A DNA stretch of 56,624 nt from contig JASGLU010000003.1 of assembly GCA_030156825.1 (NCBI GenBank), forward strand, positions 1-56,624, written 5' to 3'. The notes beneath the pieces were generated by a model, which was given only the letters and a program-made list of their open reading frames with translations, was not told where the DNA came from and did no database searches. This document shows positions 20,048 through 30,144 of this stretch, piece by piece (positions within the stretch are counted from its first letter, which is position 1; every line of letters begins with the position of its first letter). The translations under genes and the position numbers were made by a program. This DNA is from Candidatus Atribacteria bacterium (lineage in GTDB: Bacteria > Atribacterota > Atribacteria > Atribacterales > JASGLU01).

Positions 20048-21469
20048 ATGCCTCAAAAATGTGATATAGGGATTATCGGCATGGCGGTAATGGGCCAAAA
20101 TTTAGCTTTAAACATCGCTCGCAAAGGGTTTTCGGTTGCAGTTTTTAACCGAACTGCAGAAAAAACCAGGCAATTTTTTGAAAATCGGGTTAAAGATGAA
20201 CCTATCTATCCCGCCTACAGTTTGGAAGAGTTTATCGATCTCCTTCGGTCACCTAAAAAAGTGATGCTCATGGTCAAAGCCGGAAAACCAGTAGAAAGTT
20301 TCTTGGAATTGCTCTTCCCCCTGCTTGAAGCGGGAGATTTAATTTTAGACGGGGGGAACTCCCACTTCCAAGACACCGAAAGAAGAATTGCCCAGGCAGA
20401 AAAGAAAGGCCTGCTCTATTTAGGGGTGGGGATAAGTGGCGGAGAGGAAGGAGCACTCAACGGTCCTTCTATCATGCCGGGTGGACACCGGGCAGGATAT
20501 GAATTAGTCGAAGAAATCCTCAAGCAGGCAGCTGCTCAGGCTGATGGTCCTTGTACAACTTACTTAGGACCGGGAGGAGCCGGACATTTCGTCAAAATGG
20601 TACACAATGGAATCGAATATGCGATTATGCAAGCTATCGCCGAATGTTACGATTTATTCCGGAAAGCTTACCAGTTAAAAGCTCCCCAAATTGGTCAAAT
20701 ATTTGACCAATGGAATCAGTCACCTAATCTCCAATCCTATCTGCTTGAAATATCGAGTCAGGTGCTGCAGTACCAGGACCAAGAAACAAAGACTCCCCTG
20801 GTAGACTTGATTTTAGATCAGGCAGAGCAAAAAGGAACCGGGAAATGGACTTCCCAAACTGCCTTTGACCTGGGAGTGCCTACCCCCACCATCAATCAAT
20901 CGGTAATTACCAGAACTTTATCTTCTTTTTCAGACCTCCGTCAAAAGACTTCCAATCTCCTAAAACCGGAGGAAAAAGAAGGACCAACTTACCTTGTAGG
21001 GGAAGAAGGGGCCCGCTCTCTCTTTTCCCAGGCTCTTTTTCTAACCGAACTGGCTGCTTTCTCTGAAGGGTTCCATTTACTATACCAGGCTTCTTCTGAG
21101 CTCAACTACCATCTTTCTCTACCCGATATTGCCCGCATCTGGCAAGGAGGTTGCATCTTACAGGCTCCTCTTTTAAAGAGGATTCAAGCAGCTTTCAAAA
21201 CTGATAGTTTTCCCCTTCTTTTTGCCACTTCCCAATTTAAACAAGAAGTAAAAGATAACCTGCAGGCTTTGGTGCAAACGGTTACCTTAGGTGCCCAAAA
21301 CAATACTCCACTTCCCTGTCTGGGAGCTGCTCTTTCTTACTATCAAGCCTGGCAAGCAGAAACCTTACCTACCAACCTTATCCAGGCCCAGAGAGACTAT
21401 TTTGGCGCCCATACCTACCGCCGAATCGATCGGGAAGGAATTTTTCACACTATATGGAAGGAGGGATAA
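20048..21469 (+). CDS. gndA: 6-phosphogluconate dehydrogenase, decarboxylating (NADP)
   Basis: GMAVMGQNLALN, GISGGEEGA, HFVKMVHNGIEY, QKGTGKW, QAQRDYFGAH. Confidence 0.95.
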   Translation: MPQKCDIGIIGMAVMGQNLALNIARKGFSVAVFNRTAEKTRQFFENRVKDEPIYPAYSLEEFIDLLRSPKKVMLMVKAGKPVESFLELLFPLLEAGDLILDGGNSHFQDTERRIAQAEKKGLLYLGVGISGGEEGALNGPSIMPGGHRAGYELVEEILKQAAAQADGPCTTYLGPGGAGHFVKMVHNGIEYAIMQAIAECYDLFRKAYQLKAPQIGQIFDQWNQSPNLQSYLLEISSQVLQYQDQETKTPLVDLILDQAEQKGTGKWTSQTAFDLGVPTPTINQSVITRTLSSFSDLRQKTSNLLKPEEKEGPTYLVGEEGARSLFSQALFLTELAAFSEGFHLLYQASSELNYHLSLPDIARIWQGGCILQAPLLKRIQAAFKTDSFPLLFATSQFKQEVKDNLQALVQTVTLGAQNNTPLPCLGAALSYYQAWQAETLPTNLIQAQRDYFGAHTYRRIDREGIFHTIWKEG

Positions 21470-21471
21470 AC

Positions 21472-22767
21472 ATGCTCCTTTTTGAAAAAGGCTCGGCCGA
21501 TATCAACTTTACCCCGGAAGAAATTGAAGAGAGCTTACAGGAAGCGGCAGAACGGCTCGAACTGGGAGGGAAAAAAGTGCTGGTCATCGTTCCCGATGCC
21601 ACCCGCACTGCTCCTATGAAAACTATTTTTTCAACTTTGCAGCGATATGTACGGCCTAAAGCACAAAAACTCGATTTTTTAATCGCTCTTGGCACTCATC
21701 CCCCCATGAGGGACGAAGAAATTAAAAATCACTTAGGGGTAACCCCTCAGGAAGCAGAAGCTATGGGGATTTCTATCTTCAACCACTCCTGGGATGACCC
21801 AAAAACCCTGAGAACTATCGGCACCATATCTCCTCAAGAAATGAAAGAAATATCAAACGGACTATTAGAAGAAGAAATACCGGTGTCGGTTAACCACCGG
21901 ATTTTTGACTATCAGGAGCTTTTGATTGTAGGACCAGTTTTCCCGCATGAAGTAGTAGGTTTTTCGGGAGGATACAAATATCTCTTCCCCGGAATTTCGG
22001 GAGGAGAAATCACCAACCGCTATCACTGGTTAGCCGCTTTAATCACCAATCCTAAAATTATTGGCCACAAATACACTCCCACCCGAGAAGTGCTAAACCG
22101 GGCAGCCCGTTTCATTCCTATCCCCATCTCGGCTATTTGTTTTGTTATGCAAGGGGAAGCGATGAGCGGCCTTTTTGCCGGTGACGTGGTTGAGGCCTGG
22201 TCAAAAGCAGCTGACTTATCAGCTCAGGTTAATATCACCTATGTAGAAAAGCCATTTCATACCGTAATCTCAATTGCCCCTCCCATGTATAACGAGCTTT
22301 GGGTGGGAGGAAAATGTATGTACAAATTAGAACCGATAGTAGCTGATGGGGGGACCGTTATTATTTATGCCCCTCAAATAAAAGAGATTTCTGTCACTCA
22401 CGGTCGTTACTTGCAAGAAATCGGTTATCACACCCGCGACTTTTTCTTAGCACAATGGGATAAGTATCAATCCTACCCTGGAGGGGTGCTGGCTCACTCC
22501 ACTCATGTGAAAGGCATTGGCAAGTTCTTAAACGGACGTGAGTATCCCCGGGTAGAAGTAGTCTTGGCTACTGGTATCCCGAAAGAGATATGCCAAAAAA
22601 TCAACTTAGGGTACATGGATTATAAAAAAATCAATCTGGAAGAATATCAAAACCGGGAAGAAGAGGGAATTTTAGTAGTTCCCCGGGCGGGAGAAGTCCT
22701 CTACCGCTTAGCTGACGGCTCTTTTCCTGATATTGATAAATTGGAGTTCTCTCAGTTAGTCCATTAA
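21472..22767 (+). CDS. LarA-family nickel-pincer racemase/epimerase (probable GntE-like mannonate/gluconate 2-epimerase)
   Basis: PDATRT, IALGTHPPM, PHEVVGFSGGYK LarA motifs; context with uxaE and gnd. Confidence 0.8.
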   Translation: MLLFEKGSADINFTPEEIEESLQEAAERLELGGKKVLVIVPDATRTAPMKTIFSTLQRYVRPKAQKLDFLIALGTHPPMRDEEIKNHLGVTPQEAEAMGISIFNHSWDDPKTLRTIGTISPQEMKEISNGLLEEEIPVSVNHRIFDYQELLIVGPVFPHEVVGFSGGYKYLFPGISGGEITNRYHWLAALITNPKIIGHKYTPTREVLNRAARFIPIPISAICFVMQGEAMSGLFAGDVVEAWSKAADLSAQVNITYVEKPFHTVISIAPPMYNELWVGGKCMYKLEPIVADGGTVIIYAPQIKEISVTHGRYLQEIGYHTRDFFLAQWDKYQSYPGGVLAHSTHVKGIGKFLNGREYPRVEVVLATGIPKEICQKINLGYMDYKKINLEEYQNREEEGILVVPRAGEVLYRLADGSFPDIDKLEFSQLVH

Positions 22768-22773
22768 TGAGGT

Positions 22774-22939
22774 ATTGTAGGGGCGTATGGCCATACGCCC
22801 CTACAATGTTTTTTTTGCATTCTCTGTTTCTCGTCTTCATTATCGCAGGCGGTCCACACTATAAACCGCCTTGGATTCCCGATTAAAAATTTCGGGAATG
22901 ACAAAGTTTCTTTCTGTTTTTAGCGCCGCAGGCGGTCTA
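22774..22939. repeat. REP cluster including a perfect 34-bp GTAG-type palindrome
   Basis: ATTGTAGGGGCGTATGG|CCATACGCCCCTACAAT (22774-22807); GGATTCCCGA..TCGGGAATGAC (22873-22902); 22-bp repeat 22918-22939. Confidence 0.75.
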
Positions 22940-23851
22940 TACCATATACGGTTCTAAAAGTTGCTTAGCCAGTAAAATACCTCGTAATTTACTGGCAGTA
23001 TCTTTTTCAAAGCTGCGATCCTCATGCTCGATGCTTACTACATAATCGTAACCCACTTCGTAAAGGGCGGTGATGAAAGAATTCCAATCAATATCTCCAG
23101 TTCCGGCCACTTTATCTATGTACCAGCCAAAACCAAAGATTCCCACTTCGTTTAATTTATCCCAGTCAATGCGCGTATCTTTGGCATGGACATGGAAAAT
23201 TTTTTCCTTAAAATCGTGCACCACTTTTACATAGTCAATTTGTTGCCAGATGAGATGCGAGGGGTCAAGGTTAAGACCAAAATAATCCGAAGGGATGGCT
23301 TCAAACATTCTGCTCCAGATAGCGGGAGTGGTGGCCAGATTAGTTCCTCCCGGCCAGCGGTCTAAGCTATAGAGCATGGGGCAATTCTCAATGGCTAATT
23401 TTACTCCGTGGTCTTCGGCAAACTTGACCAGGTCGGGAAAAACTTTTCCATATTCTGCTAACGCCTCTTCCAAGTTAGTTTTAGGGTCTCTGCCTACGAA
23501 AGTGCCCACTATCCCTACTCCCAGCTCTTCAGCTGCCCGAATAACTTTTTTTAAGTGTTCATGGTAGAACTTTCGGTTTTCTAAGTTTGGGTCCAGATGG
23601 TTGGGGTAATAACCCAGAGAAGATATTTCCAGCTGGTTCTGAGCTAAAAGCTCCTTAACTCTTGCAATTTCTTGTTCGGTCAGGTTATCTACTTCAATAT
23701 GTTGAGTACCGGCGTATCTTCTTTTCTCAAAAACCTTGGGCCAACAGGCCACTTCCAGCATACCAAAACCTTGTTCACCCGCCCATTTGGCTATCTCTTC
23801 TAAACTTAATTCCGGTAAACAAGCAGTCATAAAACCCAGTTTCATATCCAC
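22937..23851 (-). CDS. Sugar phosphate isomerase/epimerase family TIM-barrel protein
   Basis: IENCPM, NLDPSH, HVHAKD, SIEHED metal-binding motifs. Confidence 0.85.
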   Translation of the reverse strand: MDMKLGFMTACLPELSLEEIAKWAGEQGFGMLEVACWPKVFEKRRYAGTQHIEVDNLTEQEIARVKELLAQNQLEISSLGYYPNHLDPNLENRKFYHEHLKKVIRAAEELGVGIVGTFVGRDPKTNLEEALAEYGKVFPDLVKFAEDHGVKLAIENCPMLYSLDRWPGGTNLATTPAIWSRMFEAIPSDYFGLNLDPSHLIWQQIDYVKVVHDFKEKIFHVHAKDTRIDWDKLNEVGIFGFGWYIDKVAGTGDIDWNSFITALYEVGYDYVVSIEHEDRSFEKDTASKLRGILLAKQLLEPYMV

Positions 23852-23859
23852 ACCTCTTT

Positions 23860-25017
23860 CTATTCAACTTTAACCCATTTTTCTTCCTTAGCACTACGCA
23901 GAATGGCCTCACACAGGACAACTTCTCTCAAACCATCTTGGAAAGTGGGAAAACTCGGGCTACCCTCCCCTGATCCTTGCCCCAAAATTTGCAGGTAAAC
24001 TTCTCGGAAAAGTTGTTTGGAAGTGTCAGGGAATCCTTCATTGTGCCCTCCCGGGAAGGAAATAATTTTTCTGGTTTCTTCACTCACCAAAGAAGGGTCT
24101 TTCAGCAAGTACTCGTTAGCTTTGTCTCGACGACCGATCCAAAGTTCATTCGGTTTTTCCGAATCCCAAAAGAGAGCAGAATGAGAGCCATCGATTTCAA
24201 AAGAACAGCGATTTTTCCTACCAGCTGCTACCTGGTTTACCGTCAGCACTCCGTGTGCTCCATCTGCAAAATGCAAGAGTACGCTGGCATAATCCTCAGT
24301 GGAAATAGGCACATCCTGGTAATCTTCCGGTTTCAATATTTTGCCGGCATAGGTTTCTACCGGTTTCAGAGGTTTCTTTCTGATTTTGTGAAAAGTGGCA
24401 AAATCAGCCATAACCTCTACCACTTTTTTCTGGGTAACGTATTCTATCAGGTCCAACCAGTGAGAACCAATATCGGCTATAGCCCGAGACTCACCGCTAA
24501 GTTCAGGTTCTAACCTCCAGTTATAGTCAGTTTCGTAGAAAAGCCAATCCTGAAGGTAGGAACCATGCACTGCCAACACTTTCCCCACTTCTCCTGCTTT
24601 AACCATCTGGGCTGATTCCCGCACTAAAGGATAATAGCGAATATTAAAGTGCACGGCGTTCATCAAACCTTTTTTCTCGGCCAGCTCCACCAACTCTTCT
24701 GCTTCTTTCCGGTTCATAGCCAGCGGTTTTTCGCACAAAACATGTTTTCCCGCCAGTAAAGCTTCTTTAGACATCTGATAGTGTAAATAGTTAGGGGTGC
24801 AAATATGGACCAGCTCCACCTCTTCATCTCTTAAAAGGTCCTGGTAGTTGCCATAGTACTTTCCTATCATATATTGTTCGGCTTTAGCTTTGGCTATTTC
24901 ATCGTTTAAGTCGGCCAGAGCTACCACTTCGGCCATAAAAGTCCGTTTAGCAGCTTCAATGTGAGCCGGACCGATAAAGCCAGTCCCAATAACCCCGATT
25001 TTCAAAGTATCCGCCAT
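23860..25017 (-). CDS. Gfo/Idh/MocA family oxidoreductase
   Basis: GTGFIG, HICTPN, CEKP, YLQDWL, DIGSHW. Confidence 0.9.
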   Translation of the reverse strand: MADTLKIGVIGTGFIGPAHIEAAKRTFMAEVVALADLNDEIAKAKAEQYMIGKYYGNYQDLLRDEEVELVHICTPNYLHYQMSKEALLAGKHVLCEKPLAMNRKEAEELVELAEKKGLMNAVHFNIRYYPLVRESAQMVKAGEVGKVLAVHGSYLQDWLFYETDYNWRLEPELSGESRAIADIGSHWLDLIEYVTQKKVVEVMADFATFHKIRKKPLKPVETYAGKILKPEDYQDVPISTEDYASVLLHFADGAHGVLTVNQVAAGRKNRCSFEIDGSHSALFWDSEKPNELWIGRRDKANEYLLKDPSLVSEETRKIISFPGGHNEGFPDTSKQLFREVYLQILGQGSGEGSPSFPTFQDGLREVVLCEAILRSAKEEKWVKVE

Positions 25018-25029
25018 TTTATTTCCTCC

Positions 25030-26001
25030 TTAGCGATTTTTTTCTTTTGCCCAGGTAGCGGTTCCAATTACCCCGGCATCCATCCCCAATTCTGCCGGAA
25101 CAATTTGGATAGTGTTAGAAGGAATGATAAAGAGCCGCTCTTCAATACCCTGACGAATGCTTTCAAACAAAAGCTCGCCTGCTTGAGCCACTCCGCCACC
25201 GATGACAACCATCTCCGGATTTACTGCCACACAAGCGCAGCTCAGGGCCTGTCCAATATAGGAACCAGATTTAATTAAAATCTCCCGGGCAATCTCATCT
25301 CCTGCCCGAGCCGCCTGAGCAATCACTTTAGGAGTCACCCGGTTAAGGTCTCCCTCTACCAAATCCCGAATCAGGGTATCGTTTTGTTGAACCAGAGCCC
25401 GTAGTGCTTGGGCCACCATCGCCGGTCCGGAAGCATAAGCCTCCAGGCAGCCCCGGTTACCACAACCACAGCGGACTCCCTGGGGTTCCACCGTAATATG
25501 GCCCAATTCGCCGGCTCCCCCGTCTTTTCCGATATAGAGGTTTCCATTTACCACTACCCCGCCCCCAATTCCGGTACCAATGGCTATCATAATTAAACTA
25601 TTTACCCCTTTGCCTGCTCCAAACCTCTTTTCCGCCAGAGTAATAGCTCGAACATCGTTGATTACCGAAACCGGGATAGAAAGTGCCTCTTCCAACCAGG
25701 ACTTTATCGGGATTCCCTGCCATTTGTTGGGAAAGTTGGGAAGCAAAAGACAAATCCCCTCTTGCCAATCGATTAATCCCGGTATACCAATTCCCAGCCC
25801 CCCCACTTGGTAGCCCTTTGTCTGGGCAGCGAGCTGCCCATTGCGGGCGGCAACGGCAATATCCTCTACCACTTCTTTTGCAGGACGCATTGCTTTAGTA
25901 GGAATAGTTTCTCTGACTAAAATTTCTCCTTCTCGACTTACGACGGCTATCTTAGTATTAGTTCCCCCCAAATCCACTCCCAAAAAAGCAGTTTTTTCCA
26001 T
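25030..26001 (-). CDS. ROK family sugar kinase
   Basis: DLGGT, IGTGIGGG, GELGH, CGCGNRGCLE; no N-terminal HTH. Confidence 0.9.
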   Translation of the reverse strand: MEKTAFLGVDLGGTNTKIAVVSREGEILVRETIPTKAMRPAKEVVEDIAVAARNGQLAAQTKGYQVGGLGIGIPGLIDWQEGICLLLPNFPNKWQGIPIKSWLEEALSIPVSVINDVRAITLAEKRFGAGKGVNSLIMIAIGTGIGGGVVVNGNLYIGKDGGAGELGHITVEPQGVRCGCGNRGCLEAYASGPAMVAQALRALVQQNDTLIRDLVEGDLNRVTPKVIAQAARAGDEIAREILIKSGSYIGQALSCACVAVNPEMVVIGGGVAQAGELLFESIRQGIEERLFIIPSNTIQIVPAELGMDAGVIGTATWAKEKNR

Positions 26002-26003
26002 GT

Positions 26004-26810
26004 CTAATCCTCCTCCAATTCAATTTGTCGGCGAATCTGAGCTTGATCGGCTACCAACTGAACGGTAAATCGGACCCGGTCTCCGCGGGATACCGATCTG
26101 GTCAACTCAACCGGAACCCCGGTCTTTAAAAAAGACACCCTTTCGATAAAAAAAGCCAGGGATTTTTCCGGACAGTTAAGTGCTTCTGCCTCTTCCCGGG
26201 TTAAAGCAGTAACTTCATAAGTTTCAGAGGCATGATCCAACCAAAGACGGTATTTTTTTCGCAGAATATCATAAAGTGAACCCTGCTCCAGGTTTTCTTT
26301 CACCAGATCCGGACACAGATAGTGAGGAACAAAGGTCCGCTCAATGAGAATCGGTTCCCCATTAGCCAGTCTTACTCTCACCAATTTGGTAACTCGTCGA
26401 TCGGTGTCAGGCAACTTTAAAAGCTCAGCTACCTCTTCCTCTGCCTCTTCCACTTTCTGTTCCAAAGTGCGAGACGAAGGTTCCAAACCTAATTCCCGCA
26501 TATCCTCACTAAAACTGTAGAGGCGAGGAAGTCTCCGCCGTAGTTTAGGAGAGGTAACAAAAGTCCCTTTACCTGGACGGCGATATAGCAAACCTTCCTG
26601 CACTAAAGAGGCAATAGCCTGCCTTACAGTAATTCGGCTAACTCCATACCTAGCGCATAGCTCGCTTTCGGAAGGTATCTGGTCCCCCACCCGGAAAGTC
26701 CCGTTTAAAATCTGGCCTTTTAAAATGTTCTTTAGCTGCTGATAGAGAGGAAGATTATTTTCCTCGCTAATTTCTTCTGGTTTCGGTAAAAAATCCCCTT
26801 TTTCGTCCAT
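26004..26810 (-). CDS. GntR-family regulator, HutC/UTRA subfamily
   Basis: PLYQQL..IPSESEL..YGVSRITVRQA..GKGTFV plus UTRA domain. Confidence 0.92.
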   Translation of the reverse strand: MDEKGDFLPKPEEISEENNLPLYQQLKNILKGQILNGTFRVGDQIPSESELCARYGVSRITVRQAIASLVQEGLLYRRPGKGTFVTSPKLRRRLPRLYSFSEDMRELGLEPSSRTLEQKVEEAEEEVAELLKLPDTDRRVTKLVRVRLANGEPILIERTFVPHYLCPDLVKENLEQGSLYDILRKKYRLWLDHASETYEVTALTREEAEALNCPEKSLAFFIERVSFLKTGVPVELTRSVSRGDRVRFTVQLVADQAQIRRQIELEED

Positions 26811-26946
26811 CTAAACCTCAAAATTAAGCTTTTTTAGAGTCTTCCGCAAAACCTCTTTAATCCTCGCCACTTCATTGCGAACCGAAGATGTAGCGTTTCG
26901 CTGCTTCTTCCCTTTTTAACATGAACAAAAGCTCCCACTTTAAAAG

Positions 26947-26968
26947 TGAAACCGATTTATATTTTAAC
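26947..26968 (-). promoter_or_regulatory. Extended -10 promoter with LacI-type operator upstream of gntR operon
   Basis: - strand TGtTAAAAT followed by AAATCGGTTTCA; 12 nt identical to 2108-2119. Confidence 0.5.
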
Positions 26969-27006
26969 ATAAGCTGGTGTCCAAAATCCCCGATTAAGCG
27001 ACCAAA

Positions 27007-27047
27007 AGTCGGGGTTAGAATTATACGGCAATCTCCTAACCCCGACT
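27007..27047 (-). terminator. Probable terminator after the OYE gene
   Basis: AGTCGGGGTTAG..CTAACCCCGACT followed by TTT on the - strand. Confidence 0.6.
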
Positions 27048-27067
27048 CAAGCCTTAATTAGCAAACC

Positions 27068-29185
27068 CTATTTAATTTCAGTAGGGAGGTTAGCAATTGG
27101 GCTGTTATTAGCGTTCATCATTAAATCCACATCTAAGGTAAGACCGATGTTGGCTCCGTCAGTAACCGCCCCTCTCAAGTTTCTTACTTGCTTAGCATCC
27201 CCAATTTTACCTACTACCAAACCAGCATCAACTAATTCCTGATAAAGAGTATCATTGGGTACCACTTTAGCCAAAACCACGTTGTCCACCTGAACAGTTA
27301 ATTTATTAAATTCTTTATCCTGAATTACTACTTCCCCGTTTTGTTTAATCTCCACCACCGTAGAATTAGTAAATACTTTAACCGGATGGGCATAACAGCG
27401 GGTGCGGAGCCCTTCTCCATTTCCCCCGGCAAGACGCTTCAGCATTACATCCCGATGACAGGGCTCCATCCAAGAGGCAAATTCCCGATTCTCGGTAACC
27501 ACAAAAACTTCTTTCCCTTCAAAACCAAGTTTTTCTACCGCATCAGCTGCTCCAAAGTGGTCTCCCCAAACCAGAACTCGATTACCGCACTCTACCGGCT
27601 CTGGTTTATTATCAGGATAAAATTCACAAGTAGTTTTCTTACAACGCAACACGTCTTCAAAGGTTACTACCAGCGGTAAGTCAATCCCTGGAATTTGAGG
27701 ACGCTCTATCATTCCACCGGTAGAGAGTATTACTGCATCAAAATCTTTTAAATCTTGAGCAGTTACTTCCTGTCGATAATTCACCGTAACTCCTAATTCG
27801 GCTATCTGGTGACGAATCCAATCGGCATACCATTTCATCTTCTCTTTTCCAGGAACAGTGCAGCAATAAAGGATAGCTCCTCCCAGCTCGTCGCCCTTTT
27901 CAAAAATGGTCACCTTATGTCCCCGTAAAGTAGCAATACGAGCAGCTTCCATCCCTCCTGGCCCACCACCAACTATGGCTATTTTATATTTCTCTTCTGC
28001 CGGTTGTATATGGATAAACCTTTCATCGCCAACTGCCGGGTTAATGGCACATCGCATCTCTCTTTTAATCAGCAGAGATTCTTGCCAGCAGCCTACCAGA
28101 CAGGAAATACACCGTCTAATCCCTTTTGTGTCTCCTTTTTTAGCCTTGTTAGACCAGTACGGATCGGCCACCATTTGGCGAGATAACCCTACCAAATCCG
28201 CCTGCCCTTTAGCCAGAACTCGCTCACAATAGGCGGGATCCCGCAGAGAATGGGTAGTAATAACCGGAATATTAACCTCTTTTTTGATTTCAGCGGCAGC
28301 ATAAGTGTTCCAACCTTGAGGATAGTACATGGGGTCCATAGTAGGGCCAGGCATCTCAAAGATACCGGCGCTGATATCTAAATAAGCTACCCCGCTTTCC
28401 TCCATCAATTTGGCCACCTTAATACTTTCGTCTAAAGTTCTGCCCCCCTCAATCCATTCTTCCCCAGAATAACGAAGGCCAATAGGAAAGTCTTTACCAC
28501 ACTTTCGCTGGATACGATCAACAATTTCCAGCACAAACCGCATCCGGTTGATAAAACTGCCACCAAAACGGTCATTCCGGTGATTTACATAAGGACTCAT
28601 AAACTGAGCAATCAGATATCCATGGGCTCCATGAAGCTCTACTGCATCAAATCCAGCCTGTTGGACTCTCCAGGCAGCTTCAGCAAATTTTTCAATAATA
28701 TCGTATATTTCCTCTGGAGTCATGGCTCGAATCGATTTCCCCTTAGAACCTACTTCCTCAGCATACACCACTTCGTGTCCGGCTGAACCTGGCAGCGAAA
28801 CCACCATATCGGTAGGGGCAAAAAGGTCTTTGCGAGGCCAGGCGGCTTGCCGCCCGGGATGTTGAATCTGAACAGCACACCTTGCTCCATGGCGATGCAT
28901 AGCTTCTGCCAGCTGGGCTAAGCCCGGAATCATGGGGTCTTCATCGGCTGCCAGGCAGGTTACTGTGGGACGACCAGTAGCTTTATCCGGAGTAGTAGCA
29001 CCTACAATGATAAAACCACAGCCTCCTTTGGCAATCTGTTCATGGTAGGTAATAACTCTTTGATTGACTGACCCATCAGCGTTAGCCGAGCTGATATCGG
29101 TGGGAGCATGGGCGATCCGGTTAGGAACTACAAAATTACCAATTTGTACCGGAGAAAATAAAGTTGGATAGCGAGAGTTTGTCAA
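27068..29185 (-). CDS. NADH:flavin oxidoreductase (OYE TIM barrel + 4Fe-4S + FAD/NAD domains)
   Basis: QIQHPGR, ELHGAHGYLIAQF, CISCLVGC..C cluster motif, GGGPGG; TTG start behind GGAGG. Confidence 0.9.
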   Translation of the reverse strand: MTNSRYPTLFSPVQIGNFVVPNRIAHAPTDISSANADGSVNQRVITYHEQIAKGGCGFIIVGATTPDKATGRPTVTCLAADEDPMIPGLAQLAEAMHRHGARCAVQIQHPGRQAAWPRKDLFAPTDMVVSLPGSAGHEVVYAEEVGSKGKSIRAMTPEEIYDIIEKFAEAAWRVQQAGFDAVELHGAHGYLIAQFMSPYVNHRNDRFGGSFINRMRFVLEIVDRIQRKCGKDFPIGLRYSGEEWIEGGRTLDESIKVAKLMEESGVAYLDISAGIFEMPGPTMDPMYYPQGWNTYAAAEIKKEVNIPVITTHSLRDPAYCERVLAKGQADLVGLSRQMVADPYWSNKAKKGDTKGIRRCISCLVGCWQESLLIKREMRCAINPAVGDERFIHIQPAEEKYKIAIVGGGPGGMEAARIATLRGHKVTIFEKGDELGGAILYCCTVPGKEKMKWYADWIRHQIAELGVTVNYRQEVTAQDLKDFDAVILSTGGMIERPQIPGIDLPLVVTFEDVLRCKKTTCEFYPDNKPEPVECGNRVLVWGDHFGAADAVEKLGFEGKEVFVVTENREFASWMEPCHRDVMLKRLAGGNGEGLRTRCYAHPVKVFTNSTVVEIKQNGEVVIQDKEFNKLTVQVDNVVLAKVVPNDTLYQELVDAGLVVGKIGDAKQVRNLRGAVTDGANIGLTLDVDLMMNANNSPIANLPTEIK

Positions 29186-29245
29186 TTTTTAGACCTCCTT
29201 CGTTTCTAGTTGGTTTTATTCAAAATCTTAAGGGAAGAGCATCAA

Positions 29246-29941
29246 TTAACAGCAGTCCCCTTTTTCTTTTCTCTTTTTACACTCCTCTATAATTTCCACT
29301 GTTCTGGTTGCTCCAAAGCGGGTAGCCCCCACTTCCTTTACTTTGAGAGCCGCATCTAAGGTCCTCACTCCCCCGGCGGCTTTTACCTGTACCCGGGGAG
29401 AAACCACTCGCCGCATCAACTGCAGGTCTTCAATGGTAGCTCCGCCCGGAGCAAATCCGGTAGAAGTTTTAACAAAATCGGCTCCAGCTTCCTCGGCTAA
29501 CTTACAGCCAATTTCTTTCAGCTCATCATCCAGATAACAATTTTCCAAGATAACTTTTAATATTACTCCATGCTGATGGGCAACATTGGCCACCGCCTCA
29601 ATATCGTCTCTGACATAGTCAAAATCACGGCTGCGCAGTTTCCCAATATGGATTACCATATCCAATTCTTCTGCTCCATCTTTAATCGCTTCTTCTGCCT
29701 CAAATACTTTGGTCTTTGTCTTGTGGGAACCATGGGGAAAGCCTACTACTGCGTCCACTTTCACCCCGCTGCCCCGGAGCAGCTCTTTTACCCGGATTAC
29801 ATCAGAAGGTCGACAGCATACTGCTGCTACTTGATATTTCCTGGCAATATCACATCCTTCAAGAATATCGCGATCGGTTAGTTCGGGACGCAAAAGGGAA
29901 TGATCAATCATCTTCGCAATTTCTTCACAAGAATAATCCAT
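29246..29941 (-). CDS. deoC: Deoxyribose-phosphate aldolase family
   Basis: IDHSLL, VGFPHG, ELDMV, KVILE, FVKTSTGF, KAAGGVR; real ATG 29941 behind AGGAGG. Confidence 0.88.
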   Translation of the reverse strand: MDYSCEEIAKMIDHSLLRPELTDRDILEGCDIARKYQVAAVCCRPSDVIRVKELLRGSGVKVDAVVGFPHGSHKTKTKVFEAEEAIKDGAEELDMVIHIGKLRSRDFDYVRDDIEAVANVAHQHGVILKVILENCYLDDELKEIGCKLAEEAGADFVKTSTGFAPGGATIEDLQLMRRVVSPRVQVKAAGGVRTLDAALKVKEVGATRFGATRTVEIIEECKKRKEKGDCC

Positions 29942-29952
29942 TCCAACACCTC

Positions 29953-30007
29953 CTATAACATTATAACAATTATAACAACATTCTAAATGATAATAACTTT
30001 TTGTCAA
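29953..30007 (-). promoter_or_regulatory. deoC-OYE promoter with triple TGTTATA direct repeat (candidate GntR sites)
   Basis: - strand TTGACA-N16-TAGAAT then TGTTATAATTGTTATAATGTTATAGGAGG. Confidence 0.65.
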
Positions 30008-30144
30008 CTAATTTTCGAGTGCTCAAATAACGGCAAGATAAAAAGGTAACACCGGGTCGTTGCAAGCTAAAGGCGTGGCAACCTCCGGGAGGAAACAAAG
30101 GTAAGAGATTTTTATGAGATTATGCGCGGTTAACCCTCACCACC

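Noticed and set aside
18030-22939. Possible CRISPR array among the intergenic repeats
   Set aside because: Repeats are heterogeneous palindromes without regular spacers; no cas genes
29942-30007. Cys-rich N-terminal extension of DeoC (CCYNCYN)
   Set aside because: It is the translated TGTTATA repeat/promoter; the real start is 29941
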